A DNA stretch of 64,000 nucleotides from Candidatus Brocadiia bacterium (GCA_050015075.1 JBEKCB010000004.1:154476-218475), one strand, 5' to 3'. Numbered from the stretch's first letter, positions 29,705 to 39,648 are shown. The notes: a model not told the origin generated them from the letters alone. A program made the numbers and translations.

Positions 29705-30565
29705 TTAACGGACCGCGGTCCCGGCCTCGCCGCCGCACAGTGCCGACTCGACCGTCCCGGCGACCAGGCCCGAAACGATCCGCGCGTCGAGGCCGCGAAT
29801 CCTCTGCGCGATCTTGTACAACCGCTCGACCTTCCCGAGCATTCCACCGGTCACGTCCGGCCGGTCCGCGCGCTGCGGGACTGCGGCGCGAAGAGCGCGG
29901 CGGATTCCCGTGATGTTCTTCCGGTCCACGCATCGCACACAGTCCGCTGCGCGCTCGTGGACGGCCGGCGGCGCTGGAGAGAGGCGGCGTGGAGCAGCAA
30001 GATACACACCTTCCACGTCGCATGCAAGTATGATCCGCTCCGGATGCAGCCGGCCGGCCAGAAAATCGAAGAGTTCCTCCGTGCTCAGAATCGTGAAACC
30101 GCGGCGCTCATCGAGCACCGCATCGCCGTGGATCAGCGGAATCTGGCCGTCTTTCAACAGCGCGCGGATGACTCGCAGGTCCCAGCGGCGCACCTTGCCG
30201 TCGCGCGCGATCAGCTCCGCGCTGGGGCTGACGAGGGCCGGACGCAGCCCGCCGCGCGCCAGGGCGTCGAGCACGCGCGCATTCATCTCCAGCACGCCGC
30301 GCCGCGTCTCCGCGAACCCGCGCCATCCGCCGCCGCCGGCCAGCCCTTCGCGCGTATGGTGCCGCTTCGCCGGGAAATGCGCGAACCCGCCGCCGCCGTG
30401 CGCCAGCAGAAGCCGCATCTGAGGACGCCGCTCCAGCGCGCGCCCGATTTCGCCCGCCAACCGCTCGACCGCCGCCCGCCGGAACGCCCGCCGCCGCCGC
30501 TTGTCGCCCAGCAGCGATCCGCCGAGCTTCAGGAAGACAAGCGAAGCCGACCCGGATTCCTTCAC
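29705..30565 (-). CDS. ipk: Isopentenyl phosphate kinase (amino acid kinase family)
   Basis: LKLGGSLLGDK, HGGGGFAHFPA, PLIHGDAV, ILSTE, DVTGGMLGK; mevalonate context. Confidence 0.85.
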   Translation of the reverse strand: MKESGSASLVFLKLGGSLLGDKRRRRAFRRAAVERLAGEIGRALERRPQMRLLLAHGGGGFAHFPAKRHHTREGLAGGGGWRGFAETRRGVLEMNARVLDALARGGLRPALVSPSAELIARDGKVRRWDLRVIRALLKDGQIPLIHGDAVLDERRGFTILSTEELFDFLAGRLHPERIILACDVEGVYLAAPRRLSPAPPAVHERAADCVRCVDRKNITGIRRALRAAVPQRADRPDVTGGMLGKVERLYKIAQRIRGLDARIVSGLVAGTVESALCGGEAGTAVR

Positions 30566-30604
30566 GAACCCGCCTCCATCACTACCGCGAAAACGACGGC
30601 ATCT

Positions 30605-30804
30605 TTAACCGCGAAAACGCGAAAGCGCGAAAAACGGAAACGTCAAATGGATTTGGAACCACAGATGGACACAGATGAATGCAGTCAAGAAATTACGTAT
30701 CTGTGTTCATCTGTGTCCATCTGTGGTTTAAATTCTTCCGTGTTTTAAATTCTTCTTTCGCGTTTTCGCGTTTTCGCGGTCAAACAATCCGTAGTTGCCG
30801 TTTT
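30605..30804. repeat. Nested palindromic MITE-like element, copy 2
   Basis: Same outer and inner IRs; its last ~105 bp are identical to copy 3. Confidence 0.88.
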
Positions 30805-30825
30805 TCGTTTCTCAGCGGTCCGCGG

Positions 30826-31800
30826 TCAAGCCAGGTGCGCGCCCGGCCCGGCGTGGTCGGTCAGGACCTCACAGCCGGTCTCGCGCGCGATCTCATCGGC
30901 GACCCGCACGGCATCCTTTTTGAGCGTGAGGACGTGGACGTTCGGGCCTGCGTCAATGGTGAAGTACGCCTCGATGCCGCGCTTTCGAAGTCCGTACACG
31001 GCGCGGATCGCCTCGAGTGTGCCGGCGGTCCAATAGATCAGCGGCGGCGTCGAGGTCAGCATCACCGCGTGCATCGAAAGCGCATCCTCCTCGGCGGCTT
31101 CGCCCAGGAGCGCCAGGTCGCGGCGCAGGATGCCCTGTCGCACGCGGCCGGCGCGATCGGGAATCGCCGCCAGGCGACCCGTGAACGCCTCGCTCGTGTG
31201 GGCGATCCGGTGCCCTTCCGCGGAAGAGACCGTCTTCTCCTCGCGCGAGACCAGCGCGATGAGGTCGCACAGTTCCGGCCAGTGCGTTTCCGGCGCGATG
31301 GGCTCGGCGAAGGATTCTTCGTGAGTCGTCCCCGGATGCAGTTCCACGAATCCGCCCGGCACCGAGCGCGCGGCCGATCCGGAGCCGAGCCGCGCGATCC
31401 GCGAAAGCTCCGCCGCATCCGCCCGGATGCCGTACGCCGCCGAGGCCGCCACGGCCAGCGCGGCGAACCCGGAGGCGGATGAGGCGATCCCGCAGCCGGT
31501 CGGAAAACTGTTCTGCGAGGTGACCCGCGCGCTCTCTTTCCGGCCGGCGATCCGCCGGACGCGGTCCAGGAACAGGCCGATCCGGCGCGCGGATTTTTCG
31601 CCCGGCGGCGCGCCATCGAGCCGGATCTCATCGCGCGAAGCGCTCTCGTCCAGGAGCGCGACCATCGTCGTCGTGACGCACGCGGAAAGCGTCATCGAGA
31701 TGCTCGGGTTCAGCGGCAGGTTGTCCGCGCCGGGCCGGTTTCCCCAGTACTTGATGAACGCGATGTTGGCGCCGGCCAGCGCGGTGACGTTCGAAGCCAA
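30826..31800 (-). CDS. mvaD: (Di)phosphomevalonate decarboxylase, probably mevalonate-5-phosphate specific
   Basis: NIAFIKYWG, SISMTL, GIASSASGFAAL, RLGSGSAARS, FTIDAGPNVH. Confidence 0.9.
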   Translation of the reverse strand: MASNVTALAGANIAFIKYWGNRPGADNLPLNPSISMTLSACVTTTMVALLDESASRDEIRLDGAPPGEKSARRIGLFLDRVRRIAGRKESARVTSQNSFPTGCGIASSASGFAALAVAASAAYGIRADAAELSRIARLGSGSAARSVPGGFVELHPGTTHEESFAEPIAPETHWPELCDLIALVSREEKTVSSAEGHRIAHTSEAFTGRLAAIPDRAGRVRQGILRRDLALLGEAAEEDALSMHAVMLTSTPPLIYWTAGTLEAIRAVYGLRKRGIEAYFTIDAGPNVHVLTLKKDAVRVADEIARETGCEVLTDHAGPGAHLA

Positions 31801-31859
31801 GATTCACTCCGGAAAACGAGGAAGCATGAATGATTAACGGCGAAGCACTTCTTCATTCA

Positions 31860-32819
31860 TCATTCAAACTTCGGACTATCCCCGAGGCTGGTGGTGATGG
31901 TGCTTTCGGCGCCGGCGAGCCGCAGCTCGGCGGCGATGCGTTCCTCGCCGGCCTCGTCATCCACCAGCGCGATCATCGCGCCGCCCCGGCCCGCGCCGGA
32001 GAGCTTCGCCCCGAGCGCGCCTTTCCGCAACGCGACTTCGACGAGCCGGTCCAGCTCCGGGCTGGAGACGCCGACGTGCCGCAGGATGCTGTGCGAGTGC
32101 GTCATGCAGACGCCGAGTTCGGCGGCCGACCCGCTGCGGATCACCTCGCGCGCGACGCTGGCCATCGAGCCGAGTTCCCAGAAATACGAATCGTACCGCG
32201 CCCGGTCCTTGTCGCGCGCCGCGCTCACGTCCTCGACGACCTGGAGCGTGGGCGATTCGATCCCCGTGTCGCCCACGATAAACCGGAAGCGGTTGGCGCC
32301 GACGGCGATTTCCTGCGGCGGCTTGCCGCGCACGAAATAGACCGGCTCGCCTTGCGCGACGACCGCGCAATCCACGCCGCTGGGGTTGCCGTGGAACTCG
32401 CGCTCCGCCTCGATCGCCAGCTCGCAGACCTGCTCCGTGGCGAGCTTGCGGCCGAGCGCACCGCAGACGCCGCGCACCAGGGCGACGGCGATCGCCGCCC
32501 CGCTGCCCATGCCGCGCCGCATCGGGATCGTCGAGTGCAGCCGGATGCGCATCCCCTGCTTCTGCTCGCCGAAGAGCCCTGCCACCGACTCGGCGAGCCG
32601 GTACAGCGGCGCCAGGCGCTCGGACGCCTCTTCCGCGCTGTGGACGCGCTCCTTCAACTCGTCCGAGCTCATCTCGATCCCGACGCTCGGCGTCAGTTCG
32701 ACCTCCGCGCGCGCGCGGACTCCCCGGAGCGGAATCGCGATGGCCGGATGGCCGTAGACCACCGCATGCTCGCCGATCAATAGGATTTTGCCCGGGGCTT
32801 CGCCCGACGCATTCGTCAT
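31860..32819 (-). CDS. mvk: Mevalonate kinase
   Basis: PGKILLIGEHAVVYG, PMRRGMGSGAA, HGNPSGVD, GAKLSGAGRGG. Confidence 0.92.
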   Translation of the reverse strand: MTNASGEAPGKILLIGEHAVVYGHPAIAIPLRGVRARAEVELTPSVGIEMSSDELKERVHSAEEASERLAPLYRLAESVAGLFGEQKQGMRIRLHSTIPMRRGMGSGAAIAVALVRGVCGALGRKLATEQVCELAIEAEREFHGNPSGVDCAVVAQGEPVYFVRGKPPQEIAVGANRFRFIVGDTGIESPTLQVVEDVSAARDKDRARYDSYFWELGSMASVAREVIRSGSAAELGVCMTHSHSILRHVGVSSPELDRLVEVALRKGALGAKLSGAGRGGAMIALVDDEAGEERIAAELRLAGAESTITTSLGDSPKFE

Positions 32820-32872
32820 CGAACTCTCCGTACCGCGAAGACGCGGGACCACGAAACAAAGTCAACGGCAAC

Positions 32873-33080
32873 TTGACCGCGAAAACGCGAAAGCGCGAAA
32901 ACGGCAACGGACAACGGCGTTTGAACCACAGATGTACACAGATACGCACAGATACGAATTCTTTGACTGCGTGCATCTGTGTTCATCTGTGTCCATCTGT
33001 GGTTTAAATTCTTCCGTGTTTTAAATTCTTCTTTCGCGTTTTCGCGTTTTCGCGGTCAAACAATCCGTAGTTGCCGTTTT
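32873..33080. repeat. Nested palindromic MITE-like element, copy 3
   Basis: Same outer CGCGAAA and inner CACAGAT arms; lies between the divergent mvk and serA genes. Confidence 0.88.
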
Positions 33081-33260
33081 GGTTTTTTCGCGGTCCGCGG
33101 CCCGCGATCTACTCGATTCTATATGTCCATCAAGACAATTGCAACGCATGCGGCCGGACGCTATGATAAGCGGCGTGCGGCGGTGAAATGGAGACCCGAT
33201 CGAGTCCTCGAGCGCGACCGCCGCCGCTTCGGGACCAATGCCAGATTCGGAAGCCAGCTT

Positions 33261-34838
33261 ATGCCCAGAGTCCTGGTCGCGGATTCGCTGTCGGATGTCT
33301 GCATCGCGATCCTGCGCGATGCCGGATTGGACGTGGATGTCAACACCGGCCGGAGCGAGGAGGAACTCATCCGGCTCATTTCCGCCTACGACGCGATGGT
33401 GGTCCGCAGCGCGACGAAGGTGACCGCGCGCATCCTCGAGGCGGCCGACCGCCTGAAGGTGGTGGGCCGCGCGGGCGTCGGCGTGGACAACGTGGACGTG
33501 CCGGCGGCGTCGCACAAGGGCGTGGTGGTGATGAACACGCCGCTGGGGAACATCACCAGCGCCGCGGAGCACGCCGTGGCGATGCTGCTGGCGCTGGCCC
33601 GCAATGTCGCGCCCGCGGACGCCTCGATGAAGCGCGGCGAGTGGGAGAAGAAGAAATTCACCGGCGTGGAACTCGCCGAGAAAACGCTCGGCGTGGTCGG
33701 CATGGGCAAGGTCGGCCAGATCGTCGCGCGCGCCGCGATCGGGCTGGGGATGAGCGTCTGCGCGTACGACCCGTTCCTGCCGGAGCGCCGCGCGAAGGAA
33801 CTCGGCGTCGAGCTGGTCGAACTCGACGCGCTGCTGGAGCGGTCGGACTTCGTCACGATCCACACGCCGCTGACCGACAAGACCCGCGGCCTGATCGGCG
33901 CGGCCGCGCTGGCGAAAATGAAACCCTCCAGCCGCCTGGTCAACTGCGCGCGCGGCGGGATTGTGGACGAGGCGGCGCTCGTCGAGGCGCTCAACCACGG
34001 CCGGCTGGCCGGCGCCGCGCTCGACGTGTTCGACGCGGAGCCGCTCCCGGCCGACAGCCCGCTGCGCTCGGCGCGGAACATCATCCTCACGCCGCACCTC
34101 GGCGCCAGCACCGAAGAGGCGCAGATCAAGGTCGCCGAGGCGATCGCGCGCCAGATCGGCGCGTTCTTCAAGGAAGGTAAAATCCAGCACGCGGTCAACC
34201 TCAGTGTGACGCTCACGCCGGAACTGGAGCCGTTCGCGAAGCTTTCCGAGACGCTCGGCCGGCTCCTCTCGCAGATCCTCTCCGGTCCGCCGCAGAGCCT
34301 GACCTGCTCGGCGCGCGGCCGCATCGCTCAGGGCGACACGCACGCGCTGGCGGTCTTCGCCCTGCAGGGCCTGCTCTCGCACTGGCGCGAACAGTCGGTC
34401 AACCTCGTCAACGCGCCGCTCGTCGCCGAGGAGCGCGGCATGGCGGTGACGGAGGAAAAATCGCTCGAATCGCCCGATTTCGCCAGCATGGTCCGGCTCG
34501 AGGTCAACGGTCCGCGCGCCGCGCATAGCGCCGCCGGCACGGTCTTCGAGGGGCGCGAGCCGCGGATCATCTCCATTGACGGATTCACCGTTGACCTCAA
34601 GCCCGAAGGGACCGTGCTCGTGATGTTCTACCCGGACCGGCCGGGCATGGTCGGCAAGTTCGGCACGATCCTGGGCAACGCGGGGATCAACATCGCCGGG
34701 ATGGACGTGGGCCGCCGGGAACGGCGCGGTCGCGCGTGCGTGGCGCTTTCGGTGGACGACCCGGTCCCGCGGCCTGTGCTCGAGCAGATCCGCACCTGCA
34801 CCGGCCCCGATGGCGAGGCGCACCTCGTCGAATTGTAG
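33261..34838 (+). CDS. serA: D-3-phosphoglycerate dehydrogenase (with ASB and ACT domains)
   Basis: VRSATKVT, RAGVGVDNVD, GMGKVG, NCARGG, TPHLGASTEEAQ, DRPGMVG ACT domain. Confidence 0.95.
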   Translation: MPRVLVADSLSDVCIAILRDAGLDVDVNTGRSEEELIRLISAYDAMVVRSATKVTARILEAADRLKVVGRAGVGVDNVDVPAASHKGVVVMNTPLGNITSAAEHAVAMLLALARNVAPADASMKRGEWEKKKFTGVELAEKTLGVVGMGKVGQIVARAAIGLGMSVCAYDPFLPERRAKELGVELVELDALLERSDFVTIHTPLTDKTRGLIGAAALAKMKPSSRLVNCARGGIVDEAALVEALNHGRLAGAALDVFDAEPLPADSPLRSARNIILTPHLGASTEEAQIKVAEAIARQIGAFFKEGKIQHAVNLSVTLTPELEPFAKLSETLGRLLSQILSGPPQSLTCSARGRIAQGDTHALAVFALQGLLSHWREQSVNLVNAPLVAEERGMAVTEEKSLESPDFASMVRLEVNGPRAAHSAAGTVFEGREPRIISIDGFTVDLKPEGTVLVMFYPDRPGMVGKFGTILGNAGINIAGMDVGRRERRGRACVALSVDDPVPRPVLEQIRTCTGPDGEAHLVEL

Positions 34839-34865
34839 ATTGTTCATTCTTTCTGCAATTGTGAG

Positions 34866-34893
34866 TTGACGGAAGCGCCGGCTTCTGTATAAT
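34866..34893 (+). promoter_or_regulatory. Putative sigma70 promoter of the two-component/hydrogenase operon
   Basis: TTGACG-16 bp-TATAAT. Confidence 0.55.
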
Positions 34894-34945
34894 CGCTTGC
34901 GTGCGGCGTCGGCGGCCGCTCAGGACACGAAGGGAGGAGTCGCGA

Positions 34946-35380
34946 ATGGCCCAGGAAAAGACGATCCTCATCGTGGATGATGACCCGGACATCGTGGAGT
35001 CCACGCGCGTGGTGCTGGAGTCGGCGGGTTACCGAGTGATGAGCGCGTCGAACGGCACCGAGGCGACCGCCCGCATCGAGCGGGAGATCCCGGACCTGAT
35101 CCTGCTCGACATCATGATGGCCGAACCGACCGAGGGCTTCCACCTCGGCTACAAGCTCCGCGAGGACCCCGTCTACGCTCACATCCCGATCATCATCGTC
35201 AGCGGCATCAGCGAGAAGACCGGCTTCGACTTCTCGAAAGAGAAGGAAACCGATTATATCAAGGCGGACGAGTTCCTGGACAAGCCGGTCAGCCCGCAGA
35301 CGCTCCTGAGCAAGGTCGCCACCCTCCTGGAGCGGAAGCCGCGCCGCGCCGCGTCCGACGGGCAAGCCCGCGCGAAATGA
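34946..35380 (+). CDS. Single-domain response regulator
   Basis: ILIVDDD, LILLDIMM, IIIVSG, LDKP; GGGAGGAG RBS. Confidence 0.92.
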   Translation: MAQEKTILIVDDDPDIVESTRVVLESAGYRVMSASNGTEATARIEREIPDLILLDIMMAEPTEGFHLGYKLREDPVYAHIPIIIVSGISEKTGFDFSKEKETDYIKADEFLDKPVSPQTLLSKVATLLERKPRRAASDGQARAK

Positions 35381-35389
35381 GGCCGCCCC

Positions 35390-36748
35390 GTGCCGGCGCA
35401 GCGAATGGCGGAGACGGCGTTGCTGGCGCGATGCCACTGGCTGCTGAAAGCCCGGTGGGTGTTTGTGGCGGCGCTCGCCGGAGCGCTGGCGTTGAGCGAC
35501 GGCGGGCTGAACTGGCAACGGCACACGGCGCCGCTGTGGGCCGTCGCGGCGTTCATCGCGCTCTACAACGCGGGGTTCACGGCGGTCGAGCGACGGCCGA
35601 AGTTCTGCGTCATCGGCGAAAGGCGAGGCGTCGGAGAGCGCATCGCGGCCTTCGTCTTCGTTCAGATGGCGCTCGACGCGATAGCGCTGACGGTGCTGCT
35701 GGGCTATTCGGGCGGCATCGGGAACCCGATTGCGTTCTTTTACATTTTTCACGTCGCGCTCGCCGGCATCCTGTTGAGCCGGCGGTTGTGCTACGCGCTG
35801 GCGTCGCTGGCGACCGCGCTGGTCGTGGCAGTCGCAATCGCGCCGCTGAATTACGGCTTCCTGAGCGGCGTCATCCAGGATGCCGGAGTGCGCCGGCCGG
35901 AGTGGCCGTTCGTGGTCGCGTACCTTGCGGCGTTCGCCTGCACGATGTACGTGACCGCCTACGTGACCACGTCGGTCGCGGCGGATCTGCGGAAGCGCGA
36001 GTTGGAGCTGGTGAGCACCGCCGAGGCGCTCCGCCAGACCAGCCAGAAACTGGCGGAGCTGGAGGAACGCAAGTCGCTGTTCATGATGACGGCGGCGCAT
36101 CAACTCAAGAGTCCGCTGGCCGCCGTCGTGAGCCTCTTGCAGGCCGCCGGGACCGCGGGCGTTTCGCCGGAGAAGGAAAAGGAGATGATCGCGCGCGCCG
36201 TGGAGCGCGCGAACGGAGCCGTGCGGCAGGTACAGGAATTGCTGGACCTCGCCCGGCTGCGCTCGCTGGACCCGGAGCGCCAGGCGCGGAAGGTGCTGGA
36301 TTTCCGCGAAGTGCTCGACGGTGTGCGCGCGACGATTGCCGCCCAGGCGGAAGGGAAGCAGGTGAAGATCGAGTTCCAGGCCCCCGACCGCGCCGCGTGG
36401 GTCGAAGGGAACCGCGATGACCTGTTCGTCGCGGTGCTGAACCTGGTGGAGAACGGCGTGAAGTATACCGAAAGCGGCGGAACGGTCAAGGCCGCGTTGA
36501 GCCCCGCGGACGGCGGATGGCAACTGGTCGTCTCCGACACCGGCATCGGCATCCCGCAGGCGGCGCTGCCGAACCTGTTCAAGGAGTTCTTCCGCGCCGG
36601 CAACGCGATCCGGCGGAAGATCGAAGGGACCGGACTGGGCCTTTCCATCGTCGAGCAGATCGTCCGAATGCACGGCGGCCGCATCCGGGCGGAGTCGGAA
36701 GAGAACAAAGGATCCACTTTCACCGTTTGGCTGCCGCGCGCGCCGTGA
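35390..36748 (+). CDS. Membrane sensor histidine kinase
   Basis: Several TM helices; AHQLKSPL, NLVENGVKY, DTGIGI, GTGLGL. Confidence 0.93.
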   Translation: MPAQRMAETALLARCHWLLKARWVFVAALAGALALSDGGLNWQRHTAPLWAVAAFIALYNAGFTAVERRPKFCVIGERRGVGERIAAFVFVQMALDAIALTVLLGYSGGIGNPIAFFYIFHVALAGILLSRRLCYALASLATALVVAVAIAPLNYGFLSGVIQDAGVRRPEWPFVVAYLAAFACTMYVTAYVTTSVAADLRKRELELVSTAEALRQTSQKLAELEERKSLFMMTAAHQLKSPLAAVVSLLQAAGTAGVSPEKEKEMIARAVERANGAVRQVQELLDLARLRSLDPERQARKVLDFREVLDGVRATIAAQAEGKQVKIEFQAPDRAAWVEGNRDDLFVAVLNLVENGVKYTESGGTVKAALSPADGGWQLVVSDTGIGIPQAALPNLFKEFFRAGNAIRRKIEGTGLGLSIVEQIVRMHGGRIRAESEENKGSTFTVWLPRAP

Positions 36749-36771
36749 ACCGCGGCAAAAAGAAAACTGAG

Positions 36772-36960
36772 GACCGCGAAAACGCGAAAACGCAAAAAAA
36801 CGCTAACGTTAAAACGAGTTTGGAACCACAGATGGACACAGATGAACACAGATGCACGCAGTTAAAAAATTCGTATCTGTGTTCATCTGTGTCCATCTGT
36901 GGTTTAGATTCTTCCGTGGTTTAGATTTTTCTTTTTTCGCGTTTTCGCGCTTTCGCGGTC
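36772..36960. repeat. Nested palindromic MITE-like element, copy 4
   Basis: Same architecture; between the kinase and hydrogenase genes. Confidence 0.85.
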
Positions 36961-36996
36961 AGACGGACTTTCCGTTGGGTTGGAAGGAGATAAGCG

Positions 36997-38022
36997 ATGC
37001 AGGAAAAGGTCGTCCAGAAAGAGGCGATGCCCGGCTTCCTCCAGCGATTGATCGGCACGGCCAAAACGGTCGCGCCGGTCCGGCAGCCGTCGGGCCACTA
37101 TCTCTTGAAGCCGGTCGCCCGCGCGGACGAAGTGGCGCTCGATTTTCCCTTCCTCTACTACTCGGCCAAGGAATATTTCCTGCCGCCCGGCGAACCGGTG
37201 CTGCAGTTCGGCCGCCGCGAGGGAAAGGCGGTCGTCACGCCGGAGACCGACACCGAGGAGGTCATCCTCTTCGGGCTGCATCCGTGCGACTTGAACGCGA
37301 TCTGGACCTGCGAGGCGTTCTTCAATGCGGATAACAAGGACGACAACTTCCTCGCCCGCCGCCGGCACATGACCATCGTCGGGCTGGACTGCGCCAAGCC
37401 CTGCGACGAGTATGCCTTCTGCGCCGACATGAAAACCGATGTCGCCCAGGGCGGCTACGACGTGCTCCTGACCGACATCGGCGACGCGTACTTCGCGCGA
37501 GCCGCCACGGAGCGCGGAGAGAAGCTCCTCGCCCATGCGCCCGCCGCGACCGCCAAGCATCGCGCCGCGCTGGCGGACCTGGCGAAATCCCGCCCGCAGC
37601 AGTTCCCGAAACGCATCGAGTTCGACACCGACGAACTGCCCAAACGCCTCGAAGGCAGCTACGACAGCCTCGTCTGGACCGCCGTCGCCAAGCGCTGCTA
37701 CAGTTGCGGCTCGTGCGTGCTGGTCTGCCCGACCTGCTTCTGCTTCGACCTGAAGGACCGCCTTTCGCTCAACCTGGCCGACGGGCAGCGCGAGCGCTGG
37801 TGGGACGGCTGCATGCTCAACGCCTTCGCGCAAGTCTCCGGCGGCGAGAACTTCCGGCGCGAGAAGCACGAGCGCCTGCGCCATCGGATGTTCCGCAAGG
37901 GCAAGTACATCAAGGAGCAGATCGGCCGCTTCGGCTGCGTCGGCTGCGGCCGGTGCGACCGCGCGTGCACCTCGAAAATCTCCATCGTCGCAACCTATAA
38001 TCAACTGAAAGGGGGTGCGTGA
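36997..38022 (+). CDS. Group 3b hydrogenase/sulfhydrogenase beta subunit (AsrA-like Fe-S)
   Basis: GLHPCD, CYSCGSCVLVCPTCFCF, WDGCM, CVGCGRCDRAC. Confidence 0.88.
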   Translation: MQEKVVQKEAMPGFLQRLIGTAKTVAPVRQPSGHYLLKPVARADEVALDFPFLYYSAKEYFLPPGEPVLQFGRREGKAVVTPETDTEEVILFGLHPCDLNAIWTCEAFFNADNKDDNFLARRRHMTIVGLDCAKPCDEYAFCADMKTDVAQGGYDVLLTDIGDAYFARAATERGEKLLAHAPAATAKHRAALADLAKSRPQQFPKRIEFDTDELPKRLEGSYDSLVWTAVAKRCYSCGSCVLVCPTCFCFDLKDRLSLNLADGQRERWWDGCMLNAFAQVSGGENFRREKHERLRHRMFRKGKYIKEQIGRFGCVGCGRCDRACTSKISIVATYNQLKGGA

Positions 38023-38879
38023 TGCCCGTCACGAGCCCGACCGCCGAGCCGCGCACCATCTACACCTCCGAGATCGCCGAAGTCCTGGCGACCCGGAAGC
38101 TCACCGAGAAGGAGATGCTGTTCACGGTCCGCCTGCCGAACGGGCGCGACCTGGGCCACACGCCCGGCCAGTTCGTCGAGGTCTCCGTCTTCGGCTCGGG
38201 CGAAGCGCCGATCTCCGTCACCTCGCCGCCCACGCAGAAGGGCAATTTCGAGATCTGCGTCCGGCGTGTGGGAATGGTCACCGGCGACCTGCACCGGCTC
38301 GAACCCGGTGCGACCATCGGCGTCCGCGGGCCTTACGGGCGCGGGTTCGACATCCGCGAGTTCGAGGGGAAAGACATCATTTACGTCGCCGGCGGGCTCG
38401 GGCTGGCGCCGCTGCGCTCGCTCATCAAGGCCACGCTCAGCCCCGCCCTGCGCAGCAAATTCAAGCGCATCACCATCCTCTACGGCGCCAAGAACCCGGG
38501 CGAACTGCTCTACACCGACGAACTGCGCGAGTGGCAGGAGCGCGGCGACGTGACGTGCCTCGTCACCGTGGACCGGCCCGACGAAGCCTGGCGCGGGAAC
38601 GCCGGCGTGATCACCACGCTCTTCAAGAAGCTGCCCAAAACTTCGCCGGCGAACACGATCGTGGCCATCGTCGGCCCGCCGGTGATGTACAAGTTCGTGA
38701 TCCTCGAAGTGTTCATGCTCGGCATTTCCGAGTCGCAGATCCGGCTCTCGCTCGAACGCCGCATGAAGTGCGGCGTCGGCAAGTGCGGCCACTGCCAGAT
38801 GAACGGCGTCTACGTCTGCCAGAAAGGCCCCGTCTTCAGCTATTCGGAGATCAAGGGACTGCGCGAGGCCATCCATTGA
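38019..38879 (+). CDS. Group 3b hydrogenase gamma subunit (FAD/NAD(P)-binding, 2Fe-2S)
   Basis: PGQF, GEAPIS, RGPYGRGF, GGLGLAP, ERRMKCGVGKCGHC. Confidence 0.9.
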   Translation: MMPVTSPTAEPRTIYTSEIAEVLATRKLTEKEMLFTVRLPNGRDLGHTPGQFVEVSVFGSGEAPISVTSPPTQKGNFEICVRRVGMVTGDLHRLEPGATIGVRGPYGRGFDIREFEGKDIIYVAGGLGLAPLRSLIKATLSPALRSKFKRITILYGAKNPGELLYTDELREWQERGDVTCLVTVDRPDEAWRGNAGVITTLFKKLPKTSPANTIVAIVGPPVMYKFVILEVFMLGISESQIRLSLERRMKCGVGKCGHCQMNGVYVCQKGPVFSYSEIKGLREAIH

Positions 38880-38904
38880 ACCGCCTCTTGGAGGAGAACG
38901 CACG

Positions 38905-39648
38905 ATGAAACCCAAGGTCGCTTTCTTCGATTTCACCAGTTGCGAGGGATGCCAGCTCGCCGTCCTGGAACTGGAGAACGAGCTGCTCGACCTGCTCGGC
39001 CTGGTGGAGATCGTCAATTTCCGCGAGGCGATGGACGACCGGCGCGAGGATTACGACATCGCATTCCTCGAAGGCTCCATCACGCGCCCGGCGGACCTGC
39101 CGCGCGTGCAGAAGATCCGCGACACCGCGAAGATCTGCGTCGCCATGGGCGCATGCGCCACGACCGGCGGCGTCAACGCGATCAAGAACACCGCGCCCGA
39201 CCTCGAAGAGGTCCGCCGCTACGTCTACGGCGAAAAAGCGCACTGCTTCGACACCTTCGCGACCAAGCCGATGAAGCAGGTCATCAAGGTGGACTACGAA
39301 CTCTTCGGCTGCCCGATCAACAAGTATGAGTTCGTCGAACTCGTCAAGTGTCTGCTCACCGGCCGGCCGTTCGTGAACAAGAACTACCCGCTCTGCGTCG
39401 AGTGCAAGCAGAACGGGAACATCTGCGTCTTCCACAAGAACATGGTCTGCCTCGGCCCGATCACCCGCGCCGGGTGCGATTCCATCTGCCCGAACAACGG
39501 CAACAAGTGCGAAGGCTGCCGCGGGCTGGTGGACGACCCGAACACCGACACTGCCCGCGAGGTGCTCTCCGAGCACGGCTACACGGTCGAAGACATCCTC
39601 CGCGAGTTCACGCTCTTCAATACGATTACGGAGGCGCCCAAGAAATGA
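38905..39648 (+). CDS. [NiFe]-hydrogenase small (delta) subunit
   Basis: TSCEGCQ, GACATTGG, GCPI, CVECK, CLGPITRAGC. Confidence 0.9.
   Translation: MKPKVAFFDFTSCEGCQLAVLELENELLDLLGLVEIVNFREAMDDRREDYDIAFLEGSITRPADLPRVQKIRDTAKICVAMGACATTGGVNAIKNTAPDLEEVRRYVYGEKAHCFDTFATKPMKQVIKVDYELFGCPINKYEFVELVKCLLTGRPFVNKNYPLCVECKQNGNICVFHKNMVCLGPITRAGCDSICPNNGNKCEGCRGLVDDPNTDTAREVLSEHGYTVEDILREFTLFNTITEAPKK

Noticed and set aside
29502-33080. CRISPR array
   Set aside because: The repeats are long nested palindromes separated by whole genes, not regularly spaced 25-45 bp repeats; no cas genes.
32979-33260. N-terminal extensions of serA, HMGS (to 29567) and the hydrogenase large subunit (from 39348) in the ORF track
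   Set aside because: They are translations of repeat elements or overlap upstream genes; downstream starts match family N-termini.
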